The notes below the pieces were generated by a model that worked only from the letters and a program-made list of their open reading frames with translations, was not told where the DNA came from and made no database searches. The position numbers were made by a program, and so were the translations under genes. Positions 38,753 to 49,406 of a stretch of DNA of 64,000 nucleotides are shown here, piece after piece (position 1 is the stretch's first letter; every line of letters begins with the position of its first letter). The DNA is from Bacteroidales bacterium (GTDB lineage: Bacteria > Bacteroidota > Bacteroidia > Bacteroidales > VadinHA17), in contig JAIVHO010000038.1 of NCBI GenBank assembly GCA_020201035.1, forward strand, positions 72,165 to 136,164, read 5' to 3'.

Positions 38753-41700
38753 TTATACCCCTGACTGAATCTGCTCAGCACCCCCGGAGTCGACCCTACC
38801 ATGACACTGCTTATATTTTTTTCCGCTGCCGCATGGACACGGGTCATTTCTTCCTACCTTTTTATCAACACGTACCGGTTCAGCCTTCTGCCCCTGATCC
38901 TGTCGGGGAGCTCCGCCACCCTGACCGCCACCATATGAAGAGTAATCGCTTTTTGAAGTACGGTACCTGCTCAGATCTGTCCGTCTGCGTCTTTCCGCCT
39001 CCCGTACCTTATCAGGGTCTGGAGAATGGATATGCCCCTTCATCAGGGTAGATATTACACTCTTGTTTACCCTGTTGATCATTGTCTTAAAGATCTCAAA
39101 CGATTCAAACTTATATATAAGCAGGGGGTCCTTCTGCTCATAGGTTGCGTTCTGAACCGACTGTTTAAGTTCATCCATTTCCCTTAGATGTTCCTTCCAC
39201 AGTTCATCAATGGTAGAGAGTACTACTGTTTTTTCGTATGAGCGAACCAGTTCCCTTCCTTCCGTTTCGGCTGAGGCCCTTAGATTGGTTATCACCTGAT
39301 AAATCTTTGTACCATCAGATATCGGAACAACAACATTTTCATATGCATGTGCCTGCCGTTCAAAGACATCTTTGATCACGGGGTATGCCTCTCCGGCAAT
39401 AGCTGCCACCTTACGCTTATAGGTATCTATAACGATACTGTTTATCATCCCTGTAAGTTCGTCGGATGATATTTGCAGAAACTCTTTATCGCTCACCGGT
39501 GAATCTATCGAAAAGGAGCGCAGCAGTTCAATCCTGAAATTCTCATAATCGCCGTCAGACAGATATGTTTCCACCAGAGTTTCTGACACATCGTACATAA
39601 TATTGGCGATATCGACACTGAGTCTTTCACCGGAGAGGGCATTCTTCCGGCGACGGTATATAACCTCACGCTGGGAATTCATAACATCATCATACTCCAG
39701 CAGTCTTTTCCTTATACCAAAGTTATTCTCTTCAACTTTTTTCTGGGCCCTCTCTATTGATCTTGTTATCATGGAGTGCTGAATCATCTCTCCCTCCTTC
39801 AGACCCAGTTTGTCCATTATACCGGAGATGCGCTCCGACCCGAATAGCCTCATCAGGTCATCTTCCAGCGATATATAGAAGAGTGAAGAACCCGGATCTC
39901 CCTGTCGGCCCGCACGCCCCCTCAGCTGCCTGTCAACCCGCCTTGATTCATGCCTTTCTGTACCAATAATTGCGAGTCCTCCCGCCTTTTTCACCTCGGG
40001 GGTAAGCTTTATATCGGTACCCCTGCCGGCCATATTGGTAGCAATGGTTACAGCTCCTGTTTTTCCTGCCTCAGCCACAATGTCAGCCTCCCTCTGATGA
40101 AGTTTGGCATTAAGCACATTATGCTTTATACCCTTCATCTTAAGCATCCGGCTAAGAAGTTCTGATATTTCCACCGAGGTTGTGCCCACAAGAACAGGTC
40201 TTCCTACCCTGTTCAGTTCCAGTATTTCATCGGTGACAGCATTATATTTCTCCCTCTTGGTCTTGTATACCACATCCTCTTTATCATCCCTTATAACCTT
40301 CACATTGGTAGGGATAACAACCACATCAAGCTTATAGATATCCCAGAACTCTCCTGCCTCTGTCTCGGCAGTACCTGTCATACCTGCCAGCTTATGATAC
40401 ATCCTGAAATAGTTCTGGAGTGTAATGGTTGCAAAGGTCTGTGTAGCAGCCTCAACCTTTACACGTTCCTTGGCCTCAATAGCCTGATGCAGACCGTCGC
40501 TGTAGCGGCGACCTTCCATTATACGGCCTGTCTGCTCATCAACAATCTTAACCTTGTTATCAATTACCACATACTCAACGTCCTTCTCAAAAATAGTGTA
40601 TGCCTTAAGCAACTGGTTCATTGTGTGAACCCGCTCCGACTTAACCGAGAAGTCCTGCAGCAATGAATCCTTTGCCTTAAGCTTTTCAGTATCATCCATG
40701 TCGGATCTTTCAATCTCGGCAATCTCGGCACCCACATCGGGAAGCACAAAGAAAGAGACATTCTCAACCGAAGTGGATATCAGGTCAAGTCCGTTCTCTG
40801 TTAGTTCGATTGAATTATTTTTTTCGTCTATCACAAAAAAGAGAGGCTCCGTCACCTTAGGCATCTCTTTATTGTTATTCTGCATATAGAAATTCTCGGT
40901 CTTCAGAAGAAGTGACTTTATGCCTTCCTCGCTCAGGAACTTAATGAGGGCACTGTTCTTCGGGAGTCCCTTATAGGCTCTCAGAAGCAGCAGTCCGCCC
41001 TCTTCTGTTTTTCCCTCGCCAATAAGTCTTTTGGCATCAACCAGTATCTGTGTAACGAGCTTTCTCTGTGCTGACACCAGAGTTTCCACTTTGGGCTTCA
41101 GATCATCAAACTGCTGCGAATCGCTCTTTGCCGTAGGGCCTGATATTATTAACGGAGTACGTGCATCATCTATCAGAACAGAGTCTACTTCGTCAACAAT
41201 TGCATAATGGTGCTTTCTCTGCACCAGGTCATCCATTGACACAGCCATATTATCCCTCAGGTAGTCAAAGCCAAACTCATTATTTGTACCGAAGGTGATA
41301 TCAGCCCTGTATGCCTTGCGCCGTGCCGGTGAATTGGGTTCATGCCTGTCGATACAATCAACTGTCAGACCATGAAATTCATAAATGGGTCCCATCCATT
41401 CAGCATCACGCTTTGAGAGGTAGTCATTCACAGTAACTATATGCACGCCTCTCCCGGCCAGTGCGTTCAGGAAGACCGGCAGTGTTGCAACCAGTGTCTT
41501 TCCTTCACCCGTTGCCATCTCTGCTATCTTACCCATATGGAGTGCCACACCTCCTATAAGCTGCACATCATAATGAACCATATCCCAGACTATCTCAGTC
41601 CCTCCCGCTATCCAGTTGTTTTTCCATAGGGCCTTATCACCCTGTATATCAATACTGTCACGAGAGGCAGCAAGATCACGGTCATAGTCAAGGGCAGTTA

Positions 41701-42091
41701 CCTCGATATCCCCTGCTTCCTTGAACCTGCGCGCTGTTTCCCTTACAATTGCAAAGGATTCAGGTAACAGATTCAGTAAAACAGCTTCCAGTTTCTCACT
41801 AATCTGTTTTTCTATCTCATCAATCTCATTGAAGATATCCTCCTTGGCATATACATCATCCTCTTCAGCAGCCTTAATCCGCAGTTCGGCAATGGCACTG
41901 TTCTCACTCTTCATCTCCTCCTCTATCCGGCTTCTGACTGAGGCACTTCGCTCTCTCAGTTCATCATTGGAGATATTATGAAGTTTTGCGTACTCCTCAA
42001 TTGTTTTGTTAACGTAAGGGGTAATCTCTTTTATGTCCCTGACATATTTATCTCCGAGGAAAAGCCCCAATACTCTGGTAATTATGCTCAT
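38753..42091 (-). CDS. secA: preprotein translocase ATPase subunit
   Basis: 1112 aa with DEAD-like motor motifs ([25 protein letters not shown]) and the C-terminal zinc motif [14 protein letters not shown]. Confidence 0.95.
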   Translation of the reverse strand: MSIITRVLGLFLGDKYVRDIKEITPYVNKTIEEYAKLHNISNDELRERSASVRSRIEEEMKSENSAIAELRIKAAEEDDVYAKEDIFNEIDEIEKQISEKLEAVLLNLLPESFAIVRETARRFKEAGDIEVTALDYDRDLAASRDSIDIQGDKALWKNNWIAGGTEIVWDMVHYDVQLIGGVALHMGKIAEMATGEGKTLVATLPVFLNALAGRGVHIVTVNDYLSKRDAEWMGPIYEFHGLTVDCIDRHEPNSPARRKAYRADITFGTNNEFGFDYLRDNMAVSMDDLVQRKHHYAIVDEVDSVLIDDARTPLIISGPTAKSDSQQFDDLKPKVETLVSAQRKLVTQILVDAKRLIGEGKTEEGGLLLLRAYKGLPKNSALIKFLSEEGIKSLLLKTENFYMQNNNKEMPKVTEPLFFVIDEKNNSIELTENGLDLISTSVENVSFFVLPDVGAEIAEIERSDMDDTEKLKAKDSLLQDFSVKSERVHTMNQLLKAYTIFEKDVEYVVIDNKVKIVDEQTGRIMEGRRYSDGLHQAIEAKERVKVEAATQTFATITLQNYFRMYHKLAGMTGTAETEAGEFWDIYKLDVVVIPTNVKVIRDDKEDVVYKTKREKYNAVTDEILELNRVGRPVLVGTTSVEISELLSRMLKMKGIKHNVLNAKLHQREADIVAEAGKTGAVTIATNMAGRGTDIKLTPEVKKAGGLAIIGTERHESRRVDRQLRGRAGRQGDPGSSLFYISLEDDLMRLFGSERISGIMDKLGLKEGEMIQHSMITRSIERAQKKVEENNFGIRKRLLEYDDVMNSQREVIYRRRKNALSGERLSVDIANIMYDVSETLVETYLSDGDYENFRIELLRSFSIDSPVSDKEFLQISSDELTGMINSIVIDTYKRKVAAIAGEAYPVIKDVFERQAHAYENVVVPISDGTKIYQVITNLRASAETEGRELVRSYEKTVVLSTIDELWKEHLREMDELKQSVQNATYEQKDPLLIYKFESFEIFKTMINRVNKSVISTLMKGHIHSPDPDKVREAERRRRTDLSRYRTSKSDYSSYGGGQGGGAPRQDQGQKAEPVRVDKKVGRNDPCPCGSGKKYKQCHGRVDSGGAEQIQSGV

Positions 42092-42274
42092 TTTAAGAAA
42101 TATTTTCTGCTAATACAATAATATAAAATCTGTCTGTACGGGTCAATTTTGATATCTCTGACTACACTGGTTTCCCGGATTGAGTAAAGCCCGCTGACAG
42201 CACAATCCTATGATCCGCAGGAGAGATTACACCCTCCCTGTGATCATACAAAATTAGCCCGATTTTCCGGATTA

Positions 42275-42317
42275 AAAAAGTATAACAAAAATAAGATGCC
42301 GGGCTAATCAGCCCGGC
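42275..42317 (-). terminator. rho-independent terminator of the ferritin gene
   Basis: GCCGGGCT (42298-42305) pairs with AGCCCGGC (42310-42317) around a 4-nt loop. On the minus strand it is followed by a T-rich tract (ATCTTATTTTTGTT). Confidence 0.6.
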
Positions 42318-42358
42318 AACAGTTCATATAGACAGATATACAGAAAAAGTATAGTTAT

Positions 42359-42868
42359 CTACCCTTCGGCTTCTGGCTCACCTTCTGCACGCAGTGACAG
42401 AATATCCCTGTCAAACATGTACATATTGTGAGTACCCACCAGTCTGAGCTTGTCAATTATTTCCTGCACAGCGGCCTCTTCCTCAACCTGCTCTGAGACA
42501 AACCACTGTATCCAGTTGAGTGTGGCAAAATCCTTCTCCTTGCTAACCATGGCCACTATCTCATTTATACTTTCAGTAATGTACTGCTCATGCTCAAGCA
42601 CCTGATCAAACAGAGTCGGAATATCGCTGAATGTTGACGGGGGCTGCTCAAAGGCAGGTAGTATAGCATGGCCTCCTCTTTCATTAATGTAGGATACAAA
42701 CTTCAGCATATGCATCTTCTCCTCTTCGGCCTGCTGATACAACCATGCGGCTATACCGCTGTATCCCTTTGTTTCAGCCCATGAGGCCATTGCAAGGTAG
42801 AGAATAGACGAGTAACCTTCACGTTGAATCTGCCTGTTGCAGATATCTTCTACAGATTTTTTAATCAT
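42359..42868 (-). CDS. ftnA: non-heme ferritin
   Basis: 169 aa with the ferroxidase-centre residue pattern (QIQREGYSS...EEEKMHMLKF...EQVLEHEQ). Confidence 0.88.
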   Translation of the reverse strand: MIKKSVEDICNRQIQREGYSSILYLAMASWAETKGYSGIAAWLYQQAEEEKMHMLKFVSYINERGGHAILPAFEQPPSTFSDIPTLFDQVLEHEQYITESINEIVAMVSKEKDFATLNWIQWFVSEQVEEEAAVQEIIDKLRLVGTHNMYMFDRDILSLRAEGEPEAEG

Positions 42869-42940
42869 ATAATTGGTTTTTAGTATAAAAGTAAAAATAT
42901 ATAATCCTTTACTCTAATGACAAAACCGGAGCCTGTTTGT

Positions 42941-43306
42941 TCACTCCAGAACTTCAGCCACTTTATCAAGGAACTGGTTCAGATTAAAAGGCTTTGCAAA
43001 GACTGCGTCAGCTCCCAGTGTCTCTGCAATACTCAGGTAATTGGCAGGCCCGGCCTTACCTCCTCCCGATATGGCTATGACCCGTATTTCTGGTTTTACC
43101 TTTTTAAGTTCCATAATCAGGCCTATCCCGTCCTGTTCAGGCATCAGCAGGTCGGTTATCACCAGATCTACCAGAAGAGGTTTGAATTTTTTAAGAGCTT
43201 CCCTTCCGTCAGAAGCCTCAATAACAATATATCTGCGCTTCTCCAGTGAGCTTTTAAGCATTGCCCTGAGGTCACTGTTGTCTTCAACAAGGAGTATTGA
43301 TGTCAT
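42941..43306 (-). CDS. single-domain response regulator (CheY-like)
   Basis: Receiver motifs are ILLVEDN, DLVITDLLMPEQDG, AISG and AKPF. The track start at 43327 is TTG. The ATG at 43306 (MTSILLVEDN) fits the family N-terminus. Confidence 0.85.
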   Translation of the reverse strand: MTSILLVEDNSDLRAMLKSSLEKRRYIVIEASDGREALKKFKPLLVDLVITDLLMPEQDGIGLIMELKKVKPEIRVIAISGGGKAGPANYLSIAETLGADAVFAKPFNLNQFLDKVAEVLE

Positions 43307-43320
43307 TTTTTTTAAGCTTT

Positions 43321-45564
43321 TTAACAATTTTCATTGATTGCATTGAGTATATCGCGCAGTGAAACCGGTTCGGCTGCAAAAGCAACACGCTTTTTCTCCT
43401 CCGTGTTCAGCAGACGTAAATGATCAATCCCACTATGCGCTATAAGAACCATGGGTGCCTGACCTGTAGCTGCAAGTATATGACGCATCAGCTCTCCTGT
43501 GTCAGAATCCCTGCCGGATCTAAGTATTGATATACTTATATCCTCCCTGTAGCTGTCGGTCATAAGTGTAATATCCTCAGGTGTTGTTGCCATCAGAACC
43601 CTGAATCCAACCTTCTCAAGAGCAAGGGAAAGCGTTCGGCTGAAATAGATATCGGTGTCGGCATAGAGCACTGTCCGATGTTCATCACCGGGGTACTGTA
43701 TTTTCCCATCCTTATCTGTCTCAACCAGCGGAAGGAGAATTGTAAATCTTGTGCCGGTACCCGGTTTACTCTCTACCTCCATTTCACCGCCAAGAGAAGT
43801 TATAATCCCGTGTGCAACCGACAGTCCCATTCCTGTACCTTTGCCCACATCCTTTGTTGTAAAGAAAGGTTCAAAGATATGGTCAATAACAGAACTCTCT
43901 ATCCCGCTTCCCGTATCTGATACAACGATTCTGGCATTCTGCCGGTTATCTGTTGTATCTCTCTCTGCTGTCACATTCAGGAATCCGCCAGAATGCTCCA
44001 TTGACTGAACACCATTTGTCATAATATTAAGAAAAACCCTGAATAGCTGGGTAGGGTCTGCCAAAACTATCAGGTCATCAGCTGACAGGTCGGTCTGCAG
44101 CAAAACATTTTCAGGTGATGCAGAACTGACAAAATCACATGCTTCCCGGATAATACCGACAATACCAACCGCCACTCTTTCCTGATCTACCTGACGACTA
44201 AAAGTAAGCATCTGATTAATAACCGCTTCAGCTTTTCTTACAGCTCCTGAAATACGCATCATATAATTATATATCTCCGTATCAGGGCCTGTCTCCTCCC
44301 TGGTGAGCTCAGCGTATCCGGAGATTGTTGTAAGTATGGTATTAAAATCATGCGCTATACCACCAGCCAGTGTACCAAGAGTCTCCATCCTGTGAATTGA
44401 GCTGAGCTTCCTTTCCAGAGTCACCTCCCTTGTTGTCTCCTCAAGTACGGAATTTACAACAACGCCATGTTCCGGATCGGGGCGTGCATGACTTGTTATC
44501 CTGACAAATATGTCTGTTCCGTCGGATCGGCGCATCGTCACCTGTCCAAATGTTGAGGACTCTCCTTTAACTACACCAGAGAGATAATCAGTAAATCTCT
44601 TATCGGCCGGAAATAGTGATTCAACATAGAGTCCTGTATCATCTTTTGCCTCACTGATTCCTGCTATATTAAAGAAGGTGCGGTTTGCAAACAGAATTTT
44701 CCCTGTGCGATCACAATCAAACAGTCCGAAGGGCAGATACTTTTCAAGATAATTGCTCCTGAGTCCGGTGCTCACTGCACTCTTTCTTTCTTCTTCATAT
44801 TGCGTTATCTCACGGGTCTCAACCACTGAAAGATTTTTATCGGTCCCTTCCGGTTGCCAGGGTCTGTAAATAACCTCAAAACTTCTGCCTTCAAATTCCA
44901 CTCCGGAAAACCTTGCCTTATATTTTATCACTTCCCCCTTAAGGCATCTTTTCAGATTGTTTTGAATTACATTACTGAATACATCCTTCCCCCACAATTC
45001 TGACGGATACCTTCCGATTACCTGTTTTGGAGTCACTGACATTGCCTGGCAAAAAGCACTGTTTATCCCCCGGTATCTCAAGTCAGAACCGATTACCGAA
45101 ATCATGCTTTCAGTGGTATCGGGAATATAACCCCGTTGAATCAATGATGACAATACCTCAGAAGGGTCATCCCTTCTGTTCCGGAAAACAAAGACTGAAA
45201 TATGATAGAGGAGCATACGCAGGTCATTTCCACCCACAATACCCGCGAGATCCAATGATGCAATTTCCTTAAGCATATCTGCCGGTGCGTCATCGGGAAT
45301 AACCAGTAACAGTAACGAGTCAGGGTTACGTTCCTTTATTTGATTTGCCAGTAGCAGGGCTTCCTCAGAGGAGTCAGCCGCTGTGACTATCACAGGCCTT
45401 CTTACCAGCTTTGGAATGTCATCCGGTGATTCTGCAAAAACGATTTTACAACAGTCGTCCGAAAGCATTTTATGAGCAAGATAATCAAGCTCCTGTTTAT
45501 CAATATCTAAACCTGTAATATAGACAGGGTTTAAAATAATATCCTGAATCTTCTTCTCTTTCAC
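43321..45564 (-). CDS. PAS-domain sensor histidine kinase with receiver-like domains at both termini
   Basis: 747 aa with H-box GGIAHDFNTILTTISGYAEL, the HATPase N/G boxes (NIMTNGVQSM, DTGSGI, GKGTGMGLS) and two PAS-like segments. The flanking CheY-like folds have degenerate acidic pockets. Confidence 0.85.
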   Translation of the reverse strand: MKEKKIQDIILNPVYITGLDIDKQELDYLAHKMLSDDCCKIVFAESPDDIPKLVRRPVIVTAADSSEEALLLANQIKERNPDSLLLLVIPDDAPADMLKEIASLDLAGIVGGNDLRMLLYHISVFVFRNRRDDPSEVLSSLIQRGYIPDTTESMISVIGSDLRYRGINSAFCQAMSVTPKQVIGRYPSELWGKDVFSNVIQNNLKRCLKGEVIKYKARFSGVEFEGRSFEVIYRPWQPEGTDKNLSVVETREITQYEEERKSAVSTGLRSNYLEKYLPFGLFDCDRTGKILFANRTFFNIAGISEAKDDTGLYVESLFPADKRFTDYLSGVVKGESSTFGQVTMRRSDGTDIFVRITSHARPDPEHGVVVNSVLEETTREVTLERKLSSIHRMETLGTLAGGIAHDFNTILTTISGYAELTREETGPDTEIYNYMMRISGAVRKAEAVINQMLTFSRQVDQERVAVGIVGIIREACDFVSSASPENVLLQTDLSADDLIVLADPTQLFRVFLNIMTNGVQSMEHSGGFLNVTAERDTTDNRQNARIVVSDTGSGIESSVIDHIFEPFFTTKDVGKGTGMGLSVAHGIITSLGGEMEVESKPGTGTRFTILLPLVETDKDGKIQYPGDEHRTVLYADTDIYFSRTLSLALEKVGFRVLMATTPEDITLMTDSYREDISISILRSGRDSDTGELMRHILAATGQAPMVLIAHSGIDHLRLLNTEEKKRVAFAAEPVSLRDILNAINENC

Positions 45565-45657
45565 CGGATAGTGATTGTTAATTAACGGTTTCCCGGGCTT
45601 ACTGTTCTTAATAGCGGTGATAATTCACAATTGCACTCAGACATTGATTTGTTAAGC

Positions 45658-47490
45658 CTATTCCAGCTCAAGACCAAGCTCACGCTTCAGGTCATCAATA
45701 GCTGGATTCTTCGTCTTCAGGTAGTTGTATTTCTCCTCATCGGTATAGGGAATATTACTTCCCTCTGACTCACTTACGATACTCTCTACCTTCACACTGC
45801 TGTTTTTAAGTTCTTTCCTGAAATGCCTGATAACATTCTGTTTAAAGTTGTGATCAAAAAACTCTTTCTGAGCCTCTGTGCTCAATTCAACTACTATGCC
45901 GCCCTCATCGCTGAGAGATGGACTGGTTCCCTTAACAATACTGTACATCCGCGGGTGCTCTCCTCCGAGACTTTCGCCAAAAGCAACCCAGCTTTTCAGA
46001 ACCATATCACTATCAAACTGACTCTCGGCCTTAATATTATCATCTGTTTCAGCCTTGCCCTGACCACCGTCATCAACCCTGGCGGGGTTTTCTCCTCCGT
46101 TCTGCAGTTTTTCCCGAATTGAAAAACTGCGCGTCGGCTCCTGATATGCGACCTTCCTGTCAGACTGTACACTACTATCCGGTGGTATGCCGGCATCCTT
46201 TTCGCCGGGGACATTACGGTCTGTTCTCTCCAAGGTTCCGGGAGCTTCCTTTGGCCGGCTTACCGGCTGAGGTACCGCCTTTGACTGCTCACTTCCGGGA
46301 ATATGATTGCCGGTGTTATCTGATTTTACCGGCTCAGACTCCTTTACAGTCGGATTATCTTTTTCAGCATCCTGAGATTTTTCCGCCCGGCCCGCTTCCT
46401 GATTAAGTGCGGCAAGTCTTACCATAGCAATCTCAACATGCAGCCTTGGATTGCGGCTCAGGCGGTAGCCGGCATCACAGTTTCCGAGTATTTCAAGAGC
46501 CTTGTAAATATATGGGAGAGGTGTGCGGGCCGACTGCTCCCTGTAACGGTCTTTGATTGAAGATCCCACCTCAAGCAGGGGTAGTGTCTTTTCACTTTTG
46601 CTCACCAGCAGGTTCCGGTAGTGGGATGAGAGTCCCGACACAAAGTTATGACCATCAAATCCCTTTTCCAGAATCTCACTGAAAATCAAAAGGGAAGTAA
46701 CAAGGTCTCCCTTTGAAAAAGCATCTGCAATCCGCAGGTAGTATTCATAATCGAGCACGTTAAGGTTTTCTATTACGCCTGCATAGGTTATCATTCCTCC
46801 GGAGAAACTGACTATCTGGTCGAAAATAGAGAGGGCATCCCTCATGGCCCCGTCAGCTTTCTGTGCAATTATGTGAAGAGCTTCAGGCTCAGCATCAATA
46901 CCTTCGGATGAAGCAACAAACTCCAGCCGTTTAACAATATCCTCAACTGTTATCCTGTTGAAATCAAAAATCTGACATCGTGACAATATTGTTGGAATGA
47001 TCTTCTGTTTCTCCGTGGTTGCCAGTATAAATATGGCATGCGCAGGCGGCTCCTCAAGCGTTTTAAGAAAAGCATTGAAAGCAGATGTGCTCAGCATATG
47101 AACCTCATCTATTATATATATGCTGTATCTGCCTACCTGCGGAGGAATCCTGACCAGCTCGGTAAGCGTACGTATATCATCCACCTTGTTGTTGGAGGCG
47201 GCATCCAGTTCATGAATGTTAAATGATCTTGATGTATTGAATGCCCGGCACGACTCACACTCATCGCATGCCTCAATACTTTCGGTCAGGTTCAAACAGT
47301 TGATAGTCTTGGCAAGAATGCGGGCACATGTTGTTTTACCCACCCCCCGGGGACCGCAAAACAGGTATGACTGAGCCAGATGACTCGTCCTGATAGCATT
47401 TTTAAGTGTGGAGGTAATCGACTCCTGTCCCACAACAGTGTCGAAAGTTGAGGGTCTGTATTTACGTGCTGAGACAATAAAATTATTCAT
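45658..47490 (-). CDS. dnaX: DNA polymerase III subunits gamma/tau
   Basis: 610 aa with YRPSTFDTVVGQ, GPRGVGKTT, the Zn module CxxCxxC, DEVHMLS and SRCQ. Confidence 0.92.
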   Translation of the reverse strand: MNNFIVSARKYRPSTFDTVVGQESITSTLKNAIRTSHLAQSYLFCGPRGVGKTTCARILAKTINCLNLTESIEACDECESCRAFNTSRSFNIHELDAASNNKVDDIRTLTELVRIPPQVGRYSIYIIDEVHMLSTSAFNAFLKTLEEPPAHAIFILATTEKQKIIPTILSRCQIFDFNRITVEDIVKRLEFVASSEGIDAEPEALHIIAQKADGAMRDALSIFDQIVSFSGGMITYAGVIENLNVLDYEYYLRIADAFSKGDLVTSLLIFSEILEKGFDGHNFVSGLSSHYRNLLVSKSEKTLPLLEVGSSIKDRYREQSARTPLPYIYKALEILGNCDAGYRLSRNPRLHVEIAMVRLAALNQEAGRAEKSQDAEKDNPTVKESEPVKSDNTGNHIPGSEQSKAVPQPVSRPKEAPGTLERTDRNVPGEKDAGIPPDSSVQSDRKVAYQEPTRSFSIREKLQNGGENPARVDDGGQGKAETDDNIKAESQFDSDMVLKSWVAFGESLGGEHPRMYSIVKGTSPSLSDEGGIVVELSTEAQKEFFDHNFKQNVIRHFRKELKNSSVKVESIVSESEGSNIPYTDEEKYNYLKTKNPAIDDLKRELGLELE

Positions 47491-47594
47491 TATATAAATA
47501 GCTGATGTAATTCAATATATATTTAACCCTGACAAATATAAAAAAAAAGAGGGTGAACAGGGAGGTTCATTTCGATTTTAAATCACTGCTACAA

Positions 47595-47625
47595 TTTGTT
47601 TTTAGAATAAAAATATTTACTTTTG
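47595..47625 (+). promoter_or_regulatory. Bacteroidota-type promoter of the rpsF operon (-33 TTTG, -7 TAnnTTTG)
   Basis: TTTG at 47595-47598, a 19-nt spacer, then TACTTTTG at 47618-47625, about 38 nt upstream of the rpsF ATG. This matches the published Bacteroides sigma-A consensus. Confidence 0.5.
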
Positions 47626-47662
47626 CGAGCTATTAAATAAATCAATTAATACAAGTTAACTT

Positions 47663-48016
47663 ATGTTTAATCAGTACGAAACCGTTTTCATTGCAACTCC
47701 CGTTTTATCTGAGATTCAGATGAAGGAAGCGGTACAAAAATTTAAGAAGGTGATCACCGAGAATGAAGGTGAGATCGTTCACGAGGAGAACTGGGGCCTC
47801 AAAAAGCTGACCTATCCCATTCAGAAGAAGTCGACCGGATTCTATTACCTGATTGAGTTCAGAGGACCCGGCGAACTGATTGAAAAGCTTGAGCTACAGT
47901 ACAGAAGGGATGAAAGAATTATCAGATTCCTGACATTCCGGATGGATAAATTTGCTGTAGAGTACGCAGAGAAGAAGAGAAAGCAGAAAGAAACCGAAAA
48001 AGTGAAGGAGGATTAA
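47663..48016 (+). CDS. rpsF: 30S ribosomal protein S6
   Basis: 117 aa. YETVFIATP...[10 protein letters not shown] is characteristic of bS6. Confidence 0.95.
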   Translation: MFNQYETVFIATPVLSEIQMKEAVQKFKKVITENEGEIVHEENWGLKKLTYPIQKKSTGFYYLIEFRGPGELIEKLELQYRRDERIIRFLTFRMDKFAVEYAEKKRKQKETEKVKED

Positions 48017-48019
48017 GCC

Positions 48020-48289
48020 ATGGCACAGAACGAATCAGAAATCAGATATCTTACCCCCCCAACGGTAGAGATAAAAAAGAAGAAGTATTGCCGTTTCAAG
48101 AAAAACAAGATCAGGTATATTGATTACAAGGATCCTGAATTTCTGAAGAAATTTCTCAATGAGCAGGGCAAGATTCTTCCCCGCAGAATTACCGGTACAT
48201 CTCTGAAATACCAGAGAAAGGTTGCAAAATCGATCAAAAGGGCCCGCCACCTGGCGCTACTGCCTTATGTAACAGATCTTTTAAAATAA
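48020..48289 (+). CDS. rpsR: 30S ribosomal protein S18
   Basis: 89 aa. [15 protein letters not shown]...[42 protein letters not shown]. Confidence 0.95.
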   Translation: MAQNESEIRYLTPPTVEIKKKKYCRFKKNKIRYIDYKDPEFLKKFLNEQGKILPRRITGTSLKYQRKVAKSIKRARHLALLPYVTDLLK

Positions 48290-48300
48290 AAGGGTAAAAA

Positions 48301-48747
48301 ATGGAAATTATACTTAAACAGGATATGCCGGGACTCGGCCATAAGGATGATATTGTCACAGTTAAAGACGGATATGGTCGTAACTTCCTTATACCTAAAA
48401 GCATGGCGATACTGGCCACTCCCACATCAAGAAAAATTCATTCAGAGAACCTTAAGCAGAGAGCCCATAAGGAGGCTAATATAAGGGAAGAGGCTGAAGA
48501 GCTGGCCAAAAAAATGGAAGAGGTTAAAATTACAATTGGGGCCAAAACCAGTACCTCAGGTAAGATATTCGGGTCAATCAACACGGTACAGATTGCAGAG
48601 GCTCTGCAGCTGCAGGGATTTGATGTTGACAGGAAGAATATTACACTGCCAGGTGATATCGTCAAGGAAGTTGGTAAATACGTGGCTATTGTAAAGCTCC
48701 ACAGAGATATAAAGGCTGAGGTTCAGTTCGAAATAGTTGCTGAATAG
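48301..48747 (+). CDS. rplI: 50S ribosomal protein L9
   Basis: 148 aa. MEIILKQDMPGLGHKDDIVTVKDGYGRNFLIP. Confidence 0.95.
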   Translation: MEIILKQDMPGLGHKDDIVTVKDGYGRNFLIPKSMAILATPTSRKIHSENLKQRAHKEANIREEAEELAKKMEEVKITIGAKTSTSGKIFGSINTVQIAEALQLQGFDVDRKNITLPGDIVKEVGKYVAIVKLHRDIKAEVQFEIVAE

Positions 48748-48769
48748 GTTATCGCCTTATAATAAAATA

Positions 48770-48806
48770 AAGAAGAGGAGTTGCAGTGCAACTCCTCTTC
48801 TTTTAT
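48770..48806. terminator. bidirectional rho-independent terminator shared by rplI (+) and ridA (-)
   Basis: A near-perfect 15-bp palindrome, AGAAGAGGAGTTGCA / TGCAACTCCTCTTCT, is flanked by an A-rich tract on the left and a T-rich tract on the right. It abuts the ridA stop at 48803-48805. Confidence 0.75.
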
Positions 48807-49180
48807 TTTGCTGCAATGGTTTCAATCTCGATCATTGCTCCCAGTGGTAGGCCCTTAACCGCAAAGGCAGCCCTGGCAGGAGGGTCTTTCTGGTAGAATG
48901 ATCCGTAAACCCTGTTCATCTCTGCGAAATTATCCATATCAGTAAGCAGGCAGGTTGATTTTACAACATCAGCAAACGTGTATCCGGCAGCCAGCAAAAC
49001 AGCTTCAATATTTTTCATTACCTGCATTGTCTGTTCAGCAATATCACCCTGCACAATTATGCCTGTCTCAGGATCAATTGGAATCTGACCGGCAATATAG
49101 AGGGTGCCGTTTATCTCTGCGGCCTGACTATAGGGCCCTACAGCGGCAGGAGCCTTTTCTGTGTTTATTATTCGTTTCAT
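48803..49180 (-). CDS. ridA: RidA family reactive-intermediate (enamine/imine) deaminase
   Basis: 125 aa with the typical YjgF/RidA pattern: KAPAAVGPYSQA...GQIPIDP...VKSTCLLTDM...ARAAFAVKGLPLGAMIEIE. Confidence 0.9.
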   Translation of the reverse strand: MKRIINTEKAPAAVGPYSQAAEINGTLYIAGQIPIDPETGIIVQGDIAEQTMQVMKNIEAVLLAAGYTFADVVKSTCLLTDMDNFAEMNRVYGSFYQKDPPARAAFAVKGLPLGAMIEIETIAAK

Positions 49181-49317
49181 ACGTTTAAAATTTTGTAATT
49201 ATATAACAATAAGTTAATTAAAAATTTGAGAACGAATGTAACCGTTTCGCTCTCGCATAATCTTTTTTAAACATATTCTTTTGTGATATTTATGCTTAAA
49301 AACCATCATGCTCGTTT
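49178..49317 (-). repeat. 140-bp intergenic element, copy A (ends on the ridA ATG)
   Basis: The reverse complement aligns gap-free to 53561-53700 with 12 mismatches in 140 (manual count). It contains the hairpin GAGAGCGAA/TTCGTTCTC at 49228-49254. Confidence 0.9.
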
Positions 49318-49406
49318 CATACGTTTATTTATTTATGATTACTTTCTATTTATTGGCAGACGGCGACAGATCCTGAATTCGATCATCCGAAGGGCCACTG
49401 AGATGG

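Noticed and set aside
38741-38767. Possible stop-straddling duplication at the dapA/secA convergent junction (TACCCTGAAC / TACCCCTGAC)
   Set aside because: It has only about 10 bp of imperfect similarity, too weak to stand alone. It is mentioned only as a marginal case under the stop-straddling finding.
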